IMG/VR virus record: IMGVR_UViG_3300037755_000162
Coordinates: 1 to 33,243 of that record
Reading direction: 5' to 3' (one strand)
Length of the DNA stretch: 33,243 nt
DNA from: a virus
Taxonomy: Duplodnaviria; Caudoviricetes
The notes under the pieces were generated by a model. It was given only the letters and a program-made list of their open reading frames with translations. It ran no database searches and was not told the origin of the DNA. Below are positions 7,838 to 18,211 of the stretch, piece by piece (position 1 is the stretch's first letter; each line of letters starts with the position of its first letter). Made by a program: the position numbers and the translations under genes.

Positions 7838-10800
7838 TTAGTTTTGTTTCTTTGTTCTCTTTGGTTTATAAGTCTGAGTACCAACGCCAAATATTCCCGG
7901 CATTGTTTTGAACGCACCCTCTATACCGTCTTCTTTTATTGCTTCGGTCATATCTTTCATATAAAGTGGGATTAATCTATCAACTAATGCGTTTGATAAT
8001 TCAAATTCTTTGCCTTCAAAATCTTTCCCTCTGAAATAATCTACAAGAAAAGTTGCAATCGGCGAACCTTTTTGTTCTGCAAATCTTATTATCAAATCTT
8101 CTCTTGTTGTAAAAGGAAATTTCTTGCCGTCTAATTCTTTTACTTTACCTACTGTTTTAGTTTGTGCTGTTGCTAATCTTGTGAAGAAAGCTCCGTATTG
8201 TTGGAATCCACCCCATACGTCTAATCTCGTGTCACCCATTTTAATCTTACCAAAATCAGATGAACGTGGGTCTAACTCTACTTCTGCACCTGCTAATTTT
8301 GCTAAACTTACTATCGAAGTCCCTACACTTACAAATTTAAGCATATCTTTCATAGCCATTTTGCGAACCTGTGGCTCTAACTTTAAATAGTATCTCGGAT
8401 TTATTAACTGTAATCTCGAAGCTATAAGTCTTGGTGAAAATAATCCTAAACTTAATGCCGAAGCTGACCTTTCAAACCCACCTAAAGTTCCTCTACCTGT
8501 TGATGAGTTTATCATCTTACCCATATCTTTATATGCTTTGGGATTAGATTCAAACGTCACACCTGATTTCTGTAAATTCTCCGTATAGAAATCAAACATA
8601 TCCATTCTTAATTTATCAAGAAATCCTGTGTATGCTCTTTCTGAACTTCTTACCAATCTGCCTAATCCGGGTATCTTTTCAGGCAAGGACGACATATACG
8701 CTTCTTCTCTACCTGAAACTCTACCTAAATTAGTTTTCTCGTTTGCTAAGTATAAGCCTGATTTATTATAAAGAACTGCGTTAGGGCTTTCCTCGATTTC
8801 TCTTTTTAATTCTCTTAATGCTTTGTCACTCTTAAAATATCCAAACATTTCTCTAAACGCACCACCTTTACCAAAAGTAATAATGGGGTGCGAAGCTGAA
8901 TATATTACACCTTGTCTTAATGGTGCTGACAAGTCAACCGATGACATTAGAGTTCTTGGTATGTTACCTAATTCTATTGCAAAATCTTCTGCTACTCCAA
9001 TGGGTTTTCTGTTCTTTCTTTCGAGCAATCTTATTTCTTTATCAACTTTTATTTTAAGTAAATCGACTTCATCTTTTAAAGCAGATAGCTCAGGATTCAT
9101 TTTAGTTTTTCTGCGTGGAGTTTTCTCATAGTCTCCGGTTTCAAGTTTTTTCTCTAATTCCGCTTTCCTGTTTTCAAGTCTGGTTTTATAAGTCTTTTGT
9201 AAAGTTTCATCTGATACTCGTTTTCTTATATCTTTTAACTCTACACGAATATCACTCTCACTCATCTTTTGAAATTTACCAACTCCACCAATAGCATCCA
9301 TTACATCTTGTCGGGTTAATTCTGGTAAATATTGTTTAATATCCTGATAAATACTATCAACTAACTGGTTAACATTAGTAACACCTTTTTTTACTCTGTT
9401 CTTTGCAATCTTAGAAAGTATTTCTATTTGTTTGGGGTCAACCAACATATTAAACTGAGTAGTCTTAGCAAATTCTTTTACTAAAGATTCATACTCAGTA
9501 TCAAGGTTTATTTTTTTACTTTCACGTCTTGAGGTTCGTTGTTCAAATTGGTTTTCTAATACTAATTTTTCCGCTTCACTTTTTGAAAGTTGTTCTTCAA
9601 GTGCTTTAACTTTTGTTTCACCTTCGGCTATCTTCTGGCTGTAATCTTCTAATTTGATTCTTAAATCATCAGGAATCGCTACATCTTTATTAGCTACTCT
9701 CGCACGTTGTATAACAGGTGCAATAGAGTAATCATCCTTAATTTCCATCCTTCGTATAGCAAGTCCTCTGGCTGTTTCTGTGCCTGATTGTTTACCTGCT
9801 ACATCCAAAGTGTTATACTGTTCGTCAAGCAATAAAGATTCTTTAACTTTTTCTGCCCTTATTGTAGGGTCAGTAATCTCAGAAATTTCTTTTGTTATTT
9901 TAGTACGTTCTTGTTTTACACGTTCTCTCTCATAAGTTAAAATAGCACCTTCGGTATCAGTAGTCGGTCTTGGATTCTTAGAAAGTTCATCTGCTAATTT
10001 AACGGGGTCAACTTCTTTTGATTCTATTTTCTTTTTAGCGTCTTCCCAAACCTCACCCCATTCACGTTTCATAGTAGTTTCTAATGGGCTTAAACCTCTG
10101 TCAACTCGTTCTTGATTTACTATGCGGTTTTTAATACTTGTACGTGTTTCATCTACTGCTTTCGTAAGTTCTTCTTGTGTAGCCTTCTTTGGCAGTTCAC
10201 CTTCAAGTGGTTTTATTTTATCATTGGCAAAAATCTCATTCAGTTTTGCTTCTGTGATTTCGTTACGATTTAATGTGAACGTACCTCCTGTTTTGGTATT
10301 CGTAAACTGAAAATCATTACCCTTGATACCTTCATATCTCCCGCCCGCTCTTTCAATAGTTTTCTGGATTTGGATGTCTGGTATTTCTAATGGTTTTCCA
10401 CCCCGATAGTCGGCGGCTAATTTGAATAAAGCACCGCTTATATCTTCTGGTTTGGTAAGTCCCTCGATAAAAGGTTTGAACTCAGGGTTTTTCTTTAATA
10501 CTGCCCCAACTGTTGTGGTTGTGTTCTTGCCATAAAATCCCGGCATATCAATTTCTTCAATTGGGGTTTCTTTGAAAGTAACTGTCTTCTGCTCGGTAAT
10601 TTTTTTCTTTCTTGCTTCGTTAAATTCTTTAGCCCAATTCATTACGTTTTCTGAATTGAAATTGCCTTTAATCTTACCTTCATTTTTCAGCGCATTAAGT
10701 TTACCAACTATTTTTCTTGGCATTGAAGTTAATGAAGGGTCATCGGTCATTATCTTAATAGCTTCTTCTTTTATAGAATCTATATTTTTCTGGTTAATTC

Positions 10801-11575
10801 TTTCTGCACGTGAAAGTGGTTTTTCTACGTTTTCAATTACCGGCGATTCTTTAGGTTTTATTAAATCGCTTGGCAGAGTTTCTTGTGTTAATCCCCCAAC
10901 CGGTTTATTCTCTAAAGGCTTGATAACTACTTCCGGTTCTTTCGGCAGTTGTTTAATCTCAGGTAACTTTTTATCAATATATTTTTTAACCGATGTGTGA
11001 GTTTTACCTAAAGCATAAAGTCCAGCTACTTCTTGAATCAACTCATTATATTTGGCTGTGGTTTCGTTGTCGCTTAAATCTTTACCAGCTATCTCAAAAG
11101 CATCTTTAACTGTTTCTGAACCGTATCTTATAGCCGCAAATGGTAAATCAAACGTCTGTTCAATTCCTTTCGCTACTTCCTCACCTACTTCACCAGTACC
11201 CTTTAATCCTTCCGTAACTGCGCCAAGCGGGGCTGTAATAGGTGACATAGCCGTATGTAGTGAACCTTTGAGTAAATCAGCTATACCGCTTCCTATGTTG
11301 CCTTCCTTAAAAGCGTCACCCGATTGTTGCAATTCTTCTCTTGCTTGCATTACGGGTGCGGTAAAGCCTCTAAAAAGTCCTTGCATCAATGGGTCTGCTT
11401 CTCGTTTTCTTGGTGCATCTATAATAGTTTTACCAAGCAATTCAGTTTTCTCAGGCTGATTAATATAAGGCGAAACAAATCTCTGTTCTCTGGAATATTG
11501 AGAAATGCGTTTTAATTGGTCGTCCAACTGTTGTGGACTTTTATTCTCTAATCTTTTTCTGAGTCTGTCGCTCAT
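7838..11575 (-). CDS. Large internal virion / DNA ejection-type protein (1245 aa)
   Basis: Mostly helical and Lys/Glu-rich; last and largest of three genes after the tail genes, as in podoviral ejection modules. Confidence 0.65.
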   Translation of the reverse strand: MSDRLRKRLENKSPQQLDDQLKRISQYSREQRFVSPYINQPEKTELLGKTIIDAPRKREADPLMQGLFRGFTAPVMQAREELQQSGDAFKEGNIGSGIADLLKGSLHTAMSPITAPLGAVTEGLKGTGEVGEEVAKGIEQTFDLPFAAIRYGSETVKDAFEIAGKDLSDNETTAKYNELIQEVAGLYALGKTHTSVKKYIDKKLPEIKQLPKEPEVVIKPLENKPVGGLTQETLPSDLIKPKESPVIENVEKPLSRAERINQKNIDSIKEEAIKIMTDDPSLTSMPRKIVGKLNALKNEGKIKGNFNSENVMNWAKEFNEARKKKITEQKTVTFKETPIEEIDMPGFYGKNTTTTVGAVLKKNPEFKPFIEGLTKPEDISGALFKLAADYRGGKPLEIPDIQIQKTIERAGGRYEGIKGNDFQFTNTKTGGTFTLNRNEITEAKLNEIFANDKIKPLEGELPKKATQEELTKAVDETRTSIKNRIVNQERVDRGLSPLETTMKREWGEVWEDAKKKIESKEVDPVKLADELSKNPRPTTDTEGAILTYERERVKQERTKITKEISEITDPTIRAEKVKESLLLDEQYNTLDVAGKQSGTETARGLAIRRMEIKDDYSIAPVIQRARVANKDVAIPDDLRIKLEDYSQKIAEGETKVKALEEQLSKSEAEKLVLENQFEQRTSRRESKKINLDTEYESLVKEFAKTTQFNMLVDPKQIEILSKIAKNRVKKGVTNVNQLVDSIYQDIKQYLPELTRQDVMDAIGGVGKFQKMSESDIRVELKDIRKRVSDETLQKTYKTRLENRKAELEKKLETGDYEKTPRRKTKMNPELSALKDEVDLLKIKVDKEIRLLERKNRKPIGVAEDFAIELGNIPRTLMSSVDLSAPLRQGVIYSASHPIITFGKGGAFREMFGYFKSDKALRELKREIEESPNAVLYNKSGLYLANEKTNLGRVSGREEAYMSSLPEKIPGLGRLVRSSERAYTGFLDKLRMDMFDFYTENLQKSGVTFESNPKAYKDMGKMINSSTGRGTLGGFERSASALSLGLFSPRLIASRLQLINPRYYLKLEPQVRKMAMKDMLKFVSVGTSIVSLAKLAGAEVELDPRSSDFGKIKMGDTRLDVWGGFQQYGAFFTRLATAQTKTVGKVKELDGKKFPFTTREDLIIRFAEQKGSPIATFLVDYFRGKDFEGKEFELSNALVDRLIPLYMKDMTEAIKEDGIEGAFKTMPGIFGVGTQTYKPKRTKKQN

Positions 11576-12606
11576 AACCTTCTGAATTTTAATTTAGTCC
11601 ATAGTTGAATAGATTTTAACACTTCACCTGAAATTTTCCTTTTCCACTCTATATCTGACATACCTTCGGGTTTCTTATATCTGCTTAAATCAACTTCTTC
11701 AAATTTACCAGCCTTGAAGTCTTCTATCGCCATTTCATCAACGTTTTTCGCTAAGTCTTCCCTGTCTTGGTATTGGTCACGTTCGCCATTTTTAATAACA
11801 TCTTGGTTATAAAAGTTTTCGTCAACAAACTTTTTCGCCTCTGGTAATAAATTATTATAGAACACCACTTCATCTTCATCAGCTTGTTTGTTCAGGTTAT
11901 TCCCATAAAATCCAACTGCGGTATTTGAGCCTTGTTTTATTTTATATTTGTCAATATTCTTTGTATTCTCTGATTCTTTCCTTGTGAATACAGCTAATGT
12001 TTTTTTGTAGTCGTCTATGTCAATAAGTTTTGGGGTTTTATCCTTTCCACCACCATCTGCATAAGTTCGCTTAAATGGTTCATTAGTAGTACCACGTCTG
12101 ATAATATTGCCATCTTTGTCTTTGAAAACCTGTCGTTTTACTGTATAACCCTTATAACTTTTTAATCCATCTATTTCTTCTGCTGGTACAAACTCACTAC
12201 CCTCAAATATCTCCGGTTCTTTGGGTGCTGAAAATATAGGGTCGCCTATTGGTTTACCTTCTATATTCGGGTCTTCAATGTAAATATTGCCTCCCATTCT
12301 CACGGTTCTTTGCTTTTGAGTTTTCGGTTGTAGCCCTTCCATAACGCTATACTTAGCATTGAACGGTAGCCCTGAATTGTAAACACCGTTGTAAAGGTCA
12401 TCAGAGGTTTTCCGTTTATTTGGGTCTCTATAAGTACCTTGTGGGAATAGTTGTCCTAAAAGATTATTCTCAGAGTCAACTCTCTGCTTTTCTTCTTCTG
12501 CCTTACGTTTACGTTCACCCTCTAATAAAAAGTAATTAGAAGTCATATCAGCTATGTTTCTAATGTAAGGGTTTAACGCTTCTACAAAACCGCTTCTTCT
12601 ACGCAT
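11572..12606 (-). CDS. Putative internal virion / ejection protein
   Basis: Position between the S74-bearing protein and the large ejection-type protein; charged composition. Confidence 0.55.
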   Translation of the reverse strand: MRRRSGFVEALNPYIRNIADMTSNYFLLEGERKRKAEEEKQRVDSENNLLGQLFPQGTYRDPNKRKTSDDLYNGVYNSGLPFNAKYSVMEGLQPKTQKQRTVRMGGNIYIEDPNIEGKPIGDPIFSAPKEPEIFEGSEFVPAEEIDGLKSYKGYTVKRQVFKDKDGNIIRRGTTNEPFKRTYADGGGKDKTPKLIDIDDYKKTLAVFTRKESENTKNIDKYKIKQGSNTAVGFYGNNLNKQADEDEVVFYNNLLPEAKKFVDENFYNQDVIKNGERDQYQDREDLAKNVDEMAIEDFKAGKFEEVDLSRYKKPEGMSDIEWKRKISGEVLKSIQLWTKLKFRRL

Positions 12607-13465
12607 TTATAGCTTCCATTTTTACGTCAATTTTGGAATAATCTACATATTTAATGCCGTCTATTTCTGAAACTGCTTCTGGATGATTTTCTTCTATCTG
12701 TTGTGCTACTACACCTCTGAATTTCTGCGGGTGTCCTTTGTAGTTAAATTCTACTATCTCAACATCACCTTTGTTGCCAACTTTTTTAATGTTCTCTTTT
12801 AATCGTTCATCAGAAGCAATTAAAGCAGCCGTACCTGCTTGTGAAGCACCACCTACCACGTTGCCTAAAAGTGATTCCCACCACTCAGGTTGTGCGTCCA
12901 TTTCTGCGTTAAACTGTCTCTGGTTTTCAAAGAAACTTCTTAAACTCATTTCATAGTTTCTGTTCTGTCCTTGTTCACCTAAGTTCTGTTGACCTTCAAA
13001 TTGGTTTAACCCTAATAGTTGAGCTATTGAGTTCTGCTTAAAAGCAATGTCCTGATTGATAAGATTATTCTCAACTCCGGCTAATGCTTCTGATTCCTTG
13101 CCGTAAATATCATTTACAACACTATATCCTACGCCTGCTCTTGATAAGCCCGAAGCATTAAGATTTTCCTGAGTGTTCTTTACCTGCCGATTAGTAGCCT
13201 TCCCAATCAATCCTGCGGCGTTATTCCGGTACTTACCCATATCCAAACCCTTAGAGTAATTACCTTTTAACGTATCAGTAAGCCAGTTAAAATTTGCGCC
13301 TAAATATTTCCCGTTTGATGGCGCATTAGCATTCTTTAATTCCTGATCTTGCTGCCATTTCTTATATACATCGGGAAGATTCTTTAACCATTCACTTGGA
13401 TTACCACCCATTTGGGTTTTATAAATATCCATAAACTCCGGGGCGTAGCCGCTTAAATCTGCCAT
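12599..13465 (-). CDS. Putative ejection/pilot protein with C-terminal peptidase S74 (intramolecular chaperone) domain
   Basis: Gln/Asn/Gly-rich helical body; C-terminal SDERLKENI...FNYK...GVVAQQIEENHPEAV...VDYSKI. Confidence 0.8.
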   Translation of the reverse strand: MADLSGYAPEFMDIYKTQMGGNPSEWLKNLPDVYKKWQQDQELKNANAPSNGKYLGANFNWLTDTLKGNYSKGLDMGKYRNNAAGLIGKATNRQVKNTQENLNASGLSRAGVGYSVVNDIYGKESEALAGVENNLINQDIAFKQNSIAQLLGLNQFEGQQNLGEQGQNRNYEMSLRSFFENQRQFNAEMDAQPEWWESLLGNVVGGASQAGTAALIASDERLKENIKKVGNKGDVEIVEFNYKGHPQKFRGVVAQQIEENHPEAVSEIDGIKYVDYSKIDVKMEAINA

Positions 13466-13477
13466 TGCATTCTCCTG

Positions 13478-13693
13478 TTAAATTCTTTCTAAATAAACTT
13501 TGTCGTTTGCATCAACTTTTTCCTGATGCCAGTGTCCCGCTATCATTTTATAACGATGATAAACGTTGTTTGATTGTAATAAAAGATACTCTGTATATTC
13601 CTGTACGCTTCTTACATCAGGTAAAACTGAACCTCTTTCCGGTTTGGGATTAAATAAAGTTCTAATCTGTTCTATGTTTTGTAAACTAAGCAT
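13478..13693 (-). CDS. Small tail-associated hypothetical protein
   Basis: Start re-called at ATG 13693 (MLSLQ) behind GAGG; follows the nozzle-like gene. Confidence 0.65.
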   Translation of the reverse strand: MLSLQNIEQIRTLFNPKPERGSVLPDVRSVQEYTEYLLLQSNNVYHRYKMIAGHWHQEKVDANDKVYLERI

Positions 13694-15896
13694 AGCCTCT
13701 GTTCTTCGGTATGTAATCAATTCGTGCGTTTAGGAATTTTGATAATCCAACGCCTTCAAATTCAAAGTAAACTTTATTTGTTGATTTTAAAGTACTCACT
13801 GTCATTCCATCGGTTACTTGTCTTAAAACTTTTAATCCCGTTCCACTTCCATCTGCTTGTGTATTCACTACTGCTGTGTCTGGATTCCCTAATTTAAAAG
13901 TAATTGTAGTGCTTCTGTTATAGTTTACTAATAATTCTCTTAATCTCATTAACCTAATGCCGTCTAAGGAGAAAGTTTTGCTTCTGAATAAAACTGAGTA
14001 AGTAACGTCACTGCCACTTACATCGTGGTCAACATCTGCTGTCGGACTGTAATTAAAAACATAGTTCCCGTTTGACATCCATAAATTACCTGCGTTAGTG
14101 CCTATCTGTTTTGTAAGCAATGCTTTCGGTTCTAAGGCTGTTAGTTCGTACCAAGTATCAAACTTAGTGTCGTAACAAAACAAATAATAGGTCGATGTTA
14201 TTAAGGCTGAAACTATGTACCACTCTTTGTAAAATGTGGATGAATGAAAACTTATAATAGTCTTAAATGTATCTTGTCTGCTTAAACTTATAGGTAAATC
14301 TAATTTATCAGGATAACGATAACAGTGTGTGTCTTTGAAAAAATAAACCTGCGAGCCTTTCTTAAATAAAGTTTCAGGCTGGTTGCATCCTATAAAATCA
14401 ATTAACTTATAAACTCTCCAGTTTGCAGGTGAGCCTTCGGTAAATATTTTACAGATTGAATTTGTCTTGAATACCAAAACTCCGTCAACGTCATCAACTA
14501 ATCCGGTTATTTCATCTGCATCATCAGGGAAAATGTCAATTATATTTGCATCACCAATGTTTGAAGGTCTTAAAATATCTGAAAACATAACTGCACATTT
14601 TAAATCTACTGTGTCGTCAACGTCTTCACCTGATTTTGGATATGTACCTTGAGTCGCTAATGTAGCATCGCTTAAAGTATCTTCATAACCGGTTGAAGAT
14701 GTATCGGTATCTGGGTCAACGTCATCAAGCCAGTAATAAGTAGAGCCTGCATCAAGTGTTCTGTAAATTCTAACCTTGTCTATTGTTTTGTCAATCGTTG
14801 TGCTTGAGCCCTTACCACCTATAAATCCCCAATCAATTATAGTTCCGTTTTCCGTTCCGGCTAATGTAACAGAGCCCTCATACCCCAATTCTGATTCTCT
14901 GCCATTAACGTCAAGAAAAGAAAGTTTATATTTATAAACTCCAAGTAATGTTAAATTAGATGTAGCTGTTGTACCTGTTACTTCAAAAGCTGTGTTGATA
15001 AATATAGGTTTTACTGCGTTCTTGTATGTCTTTGTAAGATTGCCTAAGAATAATCTCTCTTTGTGTGTAAGGTTATATTTTGCTTTTGTGGGTGCGTTTG
15101 TAAATACAAATTCATCTGTTAAATCTAATTGGTCATCTGCATAATAATCATCCCAGCTTGTATCTGCGTTAGGAATGTTTTTAAGAAGATAATACCTTGC
15201 CCCGTTTCCCTCAGTCCTGTAAACTCGTTTTTGTGTTACTCTTGTATCTGAGGAAACCGGTATGTTTGTAAATCTCATTCTGTAAGGGTCGCCACCACCA
15301 CCACCCGAACCGGTCTTTTGTATCAATGGTAAACTTGCATTTGAAATTTCTCCGTCTTCGGTAGCGTAAACAAATACCCAAGAATAAGTTGTGTTGATTT
15401 GAAGTCCATCGGTTATAAGTTCTAATACATAACTCATTGATAATGAACCGTATTCAAATCTGCCTATCTCAAGATTGTCTGCCCCTGCAAAGGCTACTCC
15501 GCTTATCACATAAGGTTTATCAAACCCATTCGTTAAACAATATCTTGAATTTGGTAACGATGCTATTCTTGTTTTCTTGTCAGATGTAAGTCCTGTTTTA
15601 ACGTCACTCCAAGCTGCTGTTCCAGCACTTGATTTTCTTAGTTTAGTTGCGATAACCCCTAAAACAAAGTTAGTTCCTGCTGAATCCACGGTATCAAATA
15701 AATTTATACAATCGCCGGTAGTATCAATGGCGTTTGCGCTGAATCTCTGGAATCCACCACGTTTTGATAAAGCCAGTCCATCGGTGTCAATTAAAAGATT
15801 TCTTAGGATTGCACACTTGTTATCAGGTAGCTTTTCGGGGTGAATAAATTCATCGACTCCGATAATGTCTTTAATATAAAGTTTATCTAATCCCAT
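13686..15896 (-). CDS. Tail nozzle / tubular-B-like protein (P22 gp10 / T7 gp12 position) with two inserted Ig/FnIII-like repeats
   Basis: Start re-called at ATG 15896 (MGLDKL). N-terminal LRNLL...LSKRGG and propeller-like motifs HKERLFLG, VMFSD, DEITGL...VLVFKTNSI. Confidence 0.7.
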   Translation of the reverse strand: MGLDKLYIKDIIGVDEFIHPEKLPDNKCAILRNLLIDTDGLALSKRGGFQRFSANAIDTTGDCINLFDTVDSAGTNFVLGVIATKLRKSSAGTAAWSDVKTGLTSDKKTRIASLPNSRYCLTNGFDKPYVISGVAFAGADNLEIGRFEYGSLSMSYVLELITDGLQINTTYSWVFVYATEDGEISNASLPLIQKTGSGGGGGDPYRMRFTNIPVSSDTRVTQKRVYRTEGNGARYYLLKNIPNADTSWDDYYADDQLDLTDEFVFTNAPTKAKYNLTHKERLFLGNLTKTYKNAVKPIFINTAFEVTGTTATSNLTLLGVYKYKLSFLDVNGRESELGYEGSVTLAGTENGTIIDWGFIGGKGSSTTIDKTIDKVRIYRTLDAGSTYYWLDDVDPDTDTSSTGYEDTLSDATLATQGTYPKSGEDVDDTVDLKCAVMFSDILRPSNIGDANIIDIFPDDADEITGLVDDVDGVLVFKTNSICKIFTEGSPANWRVYKLIDFIGCNQPETLFKKGSQVYFFKDTHCYRYPDKLDLPISLSRQDTFKTIISFHSSTFYKEWYIVSALITSTYYLFCYDTKFDTWYELTALEPKALLTKQIGTNAGNLWMSNGNYVFNYSPTADVDHDVSGSDVTYSVLFRSKTFSLDGIRLMRLRELLVNYNRSTTITFKLGNPDTAVVNTQADGSGTGLKVLRQVTDGMTVSTLKSTNKVYFEFEGVGLSKFLNARIDYIPKNRGYA

Positions 15897-16858
15897 ATTT
15901 CTATAATTATTTCTGCTTCTCCCCATCCGCTTGATGAATCAGGATATAATGTGATTGTTGTTGCACCTGTTTGTTCCCAAGTCCAAGTGTTTTGATTTAC
16001 TCTTACGTGTATGTAATTATTAAATTCTGAACTCGGTGAAGTTATTACTACTGATGACACGTTATTAACTATCGTTGGTGTTGAGCTCCATCCATCTTCT
16101 TCCGGTGTCGTGTACGTACCTGCGTCTGATACTCTTACCCTTATTACTTTATCTGCTGTGCTACTCCCGCTACTTGGTGTCGGTACTGAACTTCCTACCG
16201 GTACACTTGTTGTCGATACAGTTTCGTCAACTCCTGCAAATGAATAGTTAATTGTTTCTTCTACTGAACCTACTCTCGATTCTCTTAATGATTTTAATTC
16301 TTTTTCGTATAGCATTAAGTAATCGTTAGCGATATTACTTAGCATTTTTAGAATAATTGCATTACTGTATCTATCCGGTAGTAAAATCTTTCCTGAATAT
16401 GCTACGCCTGAGAATGTACCCCAATCCTGTACTGAACTTAGTGAAGGTCTGTAATAATTGAAATCAGGGTAGTAATAAATTATAACCGTTCCTGAATTAC
16501 CTGCTACTAATATCTTCTGTGTATTCCCTGCTACGTCAATCGAATAGTAATCTCCTGAGTTGCCTACGTCAAAGTTTTCTCTTAACCACCTGTAAGGTTT
16601 TTTTGTTAAGATTGCCGTTCCTGATGTCACTGTAATGTCATTCCCAAAATTACTTGGTAAGTCATAGGTCTCAGCACCGGTTAAGGTTAATTCATAAGAA
16701 GTATGCACCACCGCAAGTCTTCTTTGAATGTCCTGCTGTGCTTCTGAAATAAAAAAAGCTATCATCTTATCGCCTAAGTCAATATAAGCCGTGCCTCTTT
16801 TTATGGTTTCTAACTTATATCTGGCGTTAAAATTATCTCTAATTTCTTGTAAGTTCAT
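15887..16858 (-). CDS. Head-tail adaptor/ring-like protein with Ser/Thr/Pro linker and extra C-terminal beta domain
   Basis: MNLQEIRD...ISEAQQDI...TYDLPSNF...LPDRYSNAII pattern of adaptor proteins. Confidence 0.6.
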   Translation of the reverse strand: MNLQEIRDNFNARYKLETIKRGTAYIDLGDKMIAFFISEAQQDIQRRLAVVHTSYELTLTGAETYDLPSNFGNDITVTSGTAILTKKPYRWLRENFDVGNSGDYYSIDVAGNTQKILVAGNSGTVIIYYYPDFNYYRPSLSSVQDWGTFSGVAYSGKILLPDRYSNAIILKMLSNIANDYLMLYEKELKSLRESRVGSVEETINYSFAGVDETVSTTSVPVGSSVPTPSSGSSTADKVIRVRVSDAGTYTTPEEDGWSSTPTIVNNVSSVVITSPSSEFNNYIHVRVNQNTWTWEQTGATTITLYPDSSSGWGEAEIIIEIWD

Positions 16859-17550
16859 TATAGTTTCATCCCTTGTGGCATTTCATCGGCTTTAGCAAGT
16901 CCCATTGACTCAAATGTTTTTCTTATATCTGAGGTCAGTTCGTTCACTAAAACCTGTTTTTCGTTAATCTTACCTAAAATTTCATCAATTTCTGTAAGTG
17001 CTTTCTTAACTATAAACTCTTCAAAAACTTCCGGTATTGCCGTTAAGTCCCCATCTGCGGACAACTCAGTAATAGCTTTATAATAAGAAGCTGTTGCTAA
17101 TGTAATTGTAGATGGTGCTAAGTAAATAAGATTATTTATCCTTGTAAAAACAGGTTGTGATAGTGTCGGGGCTAAGTATGTATTCCTTAGTTGTTCTGAG
17201 AATAAATCATCGTCTATGTACTTTGCTATTCCGTAAAGAACGTTTCCACCTCCTGATGTAGTCCCGCATTCAATGTGTTTAATTGCATCCTTGCCGTCGA
17301 ATAATCTGTTAGGGCAATCAGTTGCTAAGTTAGCTGTCTTCACTGTCTGTTCTGCGTGTGCGCCTGCTGATAAGGTCAAAGCGTCTGTGGCTTCCCACTT
17401 CTTTATACCTAAGTGTGCAAGGTTTACTTGTACGAATCTTTGTGAATCATTCACAAGTCTTGTAAGCCAAGCATCGGGGAAATTACTGTTACCCTTAATC
17501 TCAGGTCTTTTGGCTTTTAATTGGTCACGAAATTGAAGTAATGTTCCCAT
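16858..17550 (-). CDS. Head-tail adaptor/ring-like protein
   Basis: TLLQFRD...LVNDSQ...IYLAP...YYK...IPEVFEEFIV pattern. Confidence 0.6.
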   Translation of the reverse strand: MGTLLQFRDQLKAKRPEIKGNSNFPDAWLTRLVNDSQRFVQVNLAHLGIKKWEATDALTLSAGAHAEQTVKTANLATDCPNRLFDGKDAIKHIECGTTSGGGNVLYGIAKYIDDDLFSEQLRNTYLAPTLSQPVFTRINNLIYLAPSTITLATASYYKAITELSADGDLTAIPEVFEEFIVKKALTEIDEILGKINEKQVLVNELTSDIRKTFESMGLAKADEMPQGMKL

Positions 17551-17553
17551 CTT

Positions 17554-18201
17554 TTACCTTATTAAATTTGATAGTTCTTTTGAATAATCATTAAGCATAC
17601 TTTGTGCTTCCTGTATCTTTTCGTCTTTAATGAACATTTGTGCAGTTGCGTAAAATACTATCGCTGAATGTGTTGATACCGGTAGTAAAGGATTCTGTCC
17701 CGAAGCTATTGCTGTTGGTGTTTTAATGTAACTTATTGTATAAACCCCTGACGTTGAATATGTAGGTAAAAAGTGGATAGCGGGGCTACCCCCAGCTAAT
17801 GTGGCTACATACGCTTTTGGACTCGTCGATGTAGCAGCTAAATATGAATTGTCCTCTCCTGCATAAAGCATTTTATCATTGCTAACAAGCAAGCAAGGTT
17901 TTTGTCCGCCTGTGGCATCATGATCCCATTTGGCATTAACCAAATATAAGAACCCTGTTGGTAACGCTATGAAACTCGCTGTTATTGAAGCTGTTGCGTT
18001 CTCTAAAAGTGTAATGAGTTCATAGGGTAACTCTGTTAAGTTGTCCACCTTAATCTTAGCTTTATATATACTAAGAATCACATTTATAACTGCGTTCTGT
18101 CCATCAGCTAATGCGGAATAGATTTCTGCATCAGTGTTAAATCCGGTGGCAGCTTCATCCAACGCTGTTCTTACACGTGCGAGCATTTCCGTTGAGGTCA
18201 T
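17554..18201 (-). CDS. Head-tail adaptor/ring-like protein
   Basis: TSTEMLARVRTALDE...LADGQ...LPTGFL...IHFLP...YIKTP...LPVSTHSAIVFYA pattern. Confidence 0.65.
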   Translation of the reverse strand: MTSTEMLARVRTALDEAATGFNTDAEIYSALADGQNAVINVILSIYKAKIKVDNLTELPYELITLLENATASITASFIALPTGFLYLVNAKWDHDATGGQKPCLLVSNDKMLYAGEDNSYLAATSTSPKAYVATLAGGSPAIHFLPTYSTSGVYTISYIKTPTAIASGQNPLLPVSTHSAIVFYATAQMFIKDEKIQEAQSMLNDYSKELSNLIR

Positions 18202-18211
18202 TTATTCTCCT

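Noticed and set aside
7838-11575. 1245-aa protein as tape measure or virion RNA polymerase
   Set aside because: No tube or sheath genes, no tape-measure periodicity and no recognisable polymerase catalytic motif (e.g. DFDGD); synteny favours an ejection protein.
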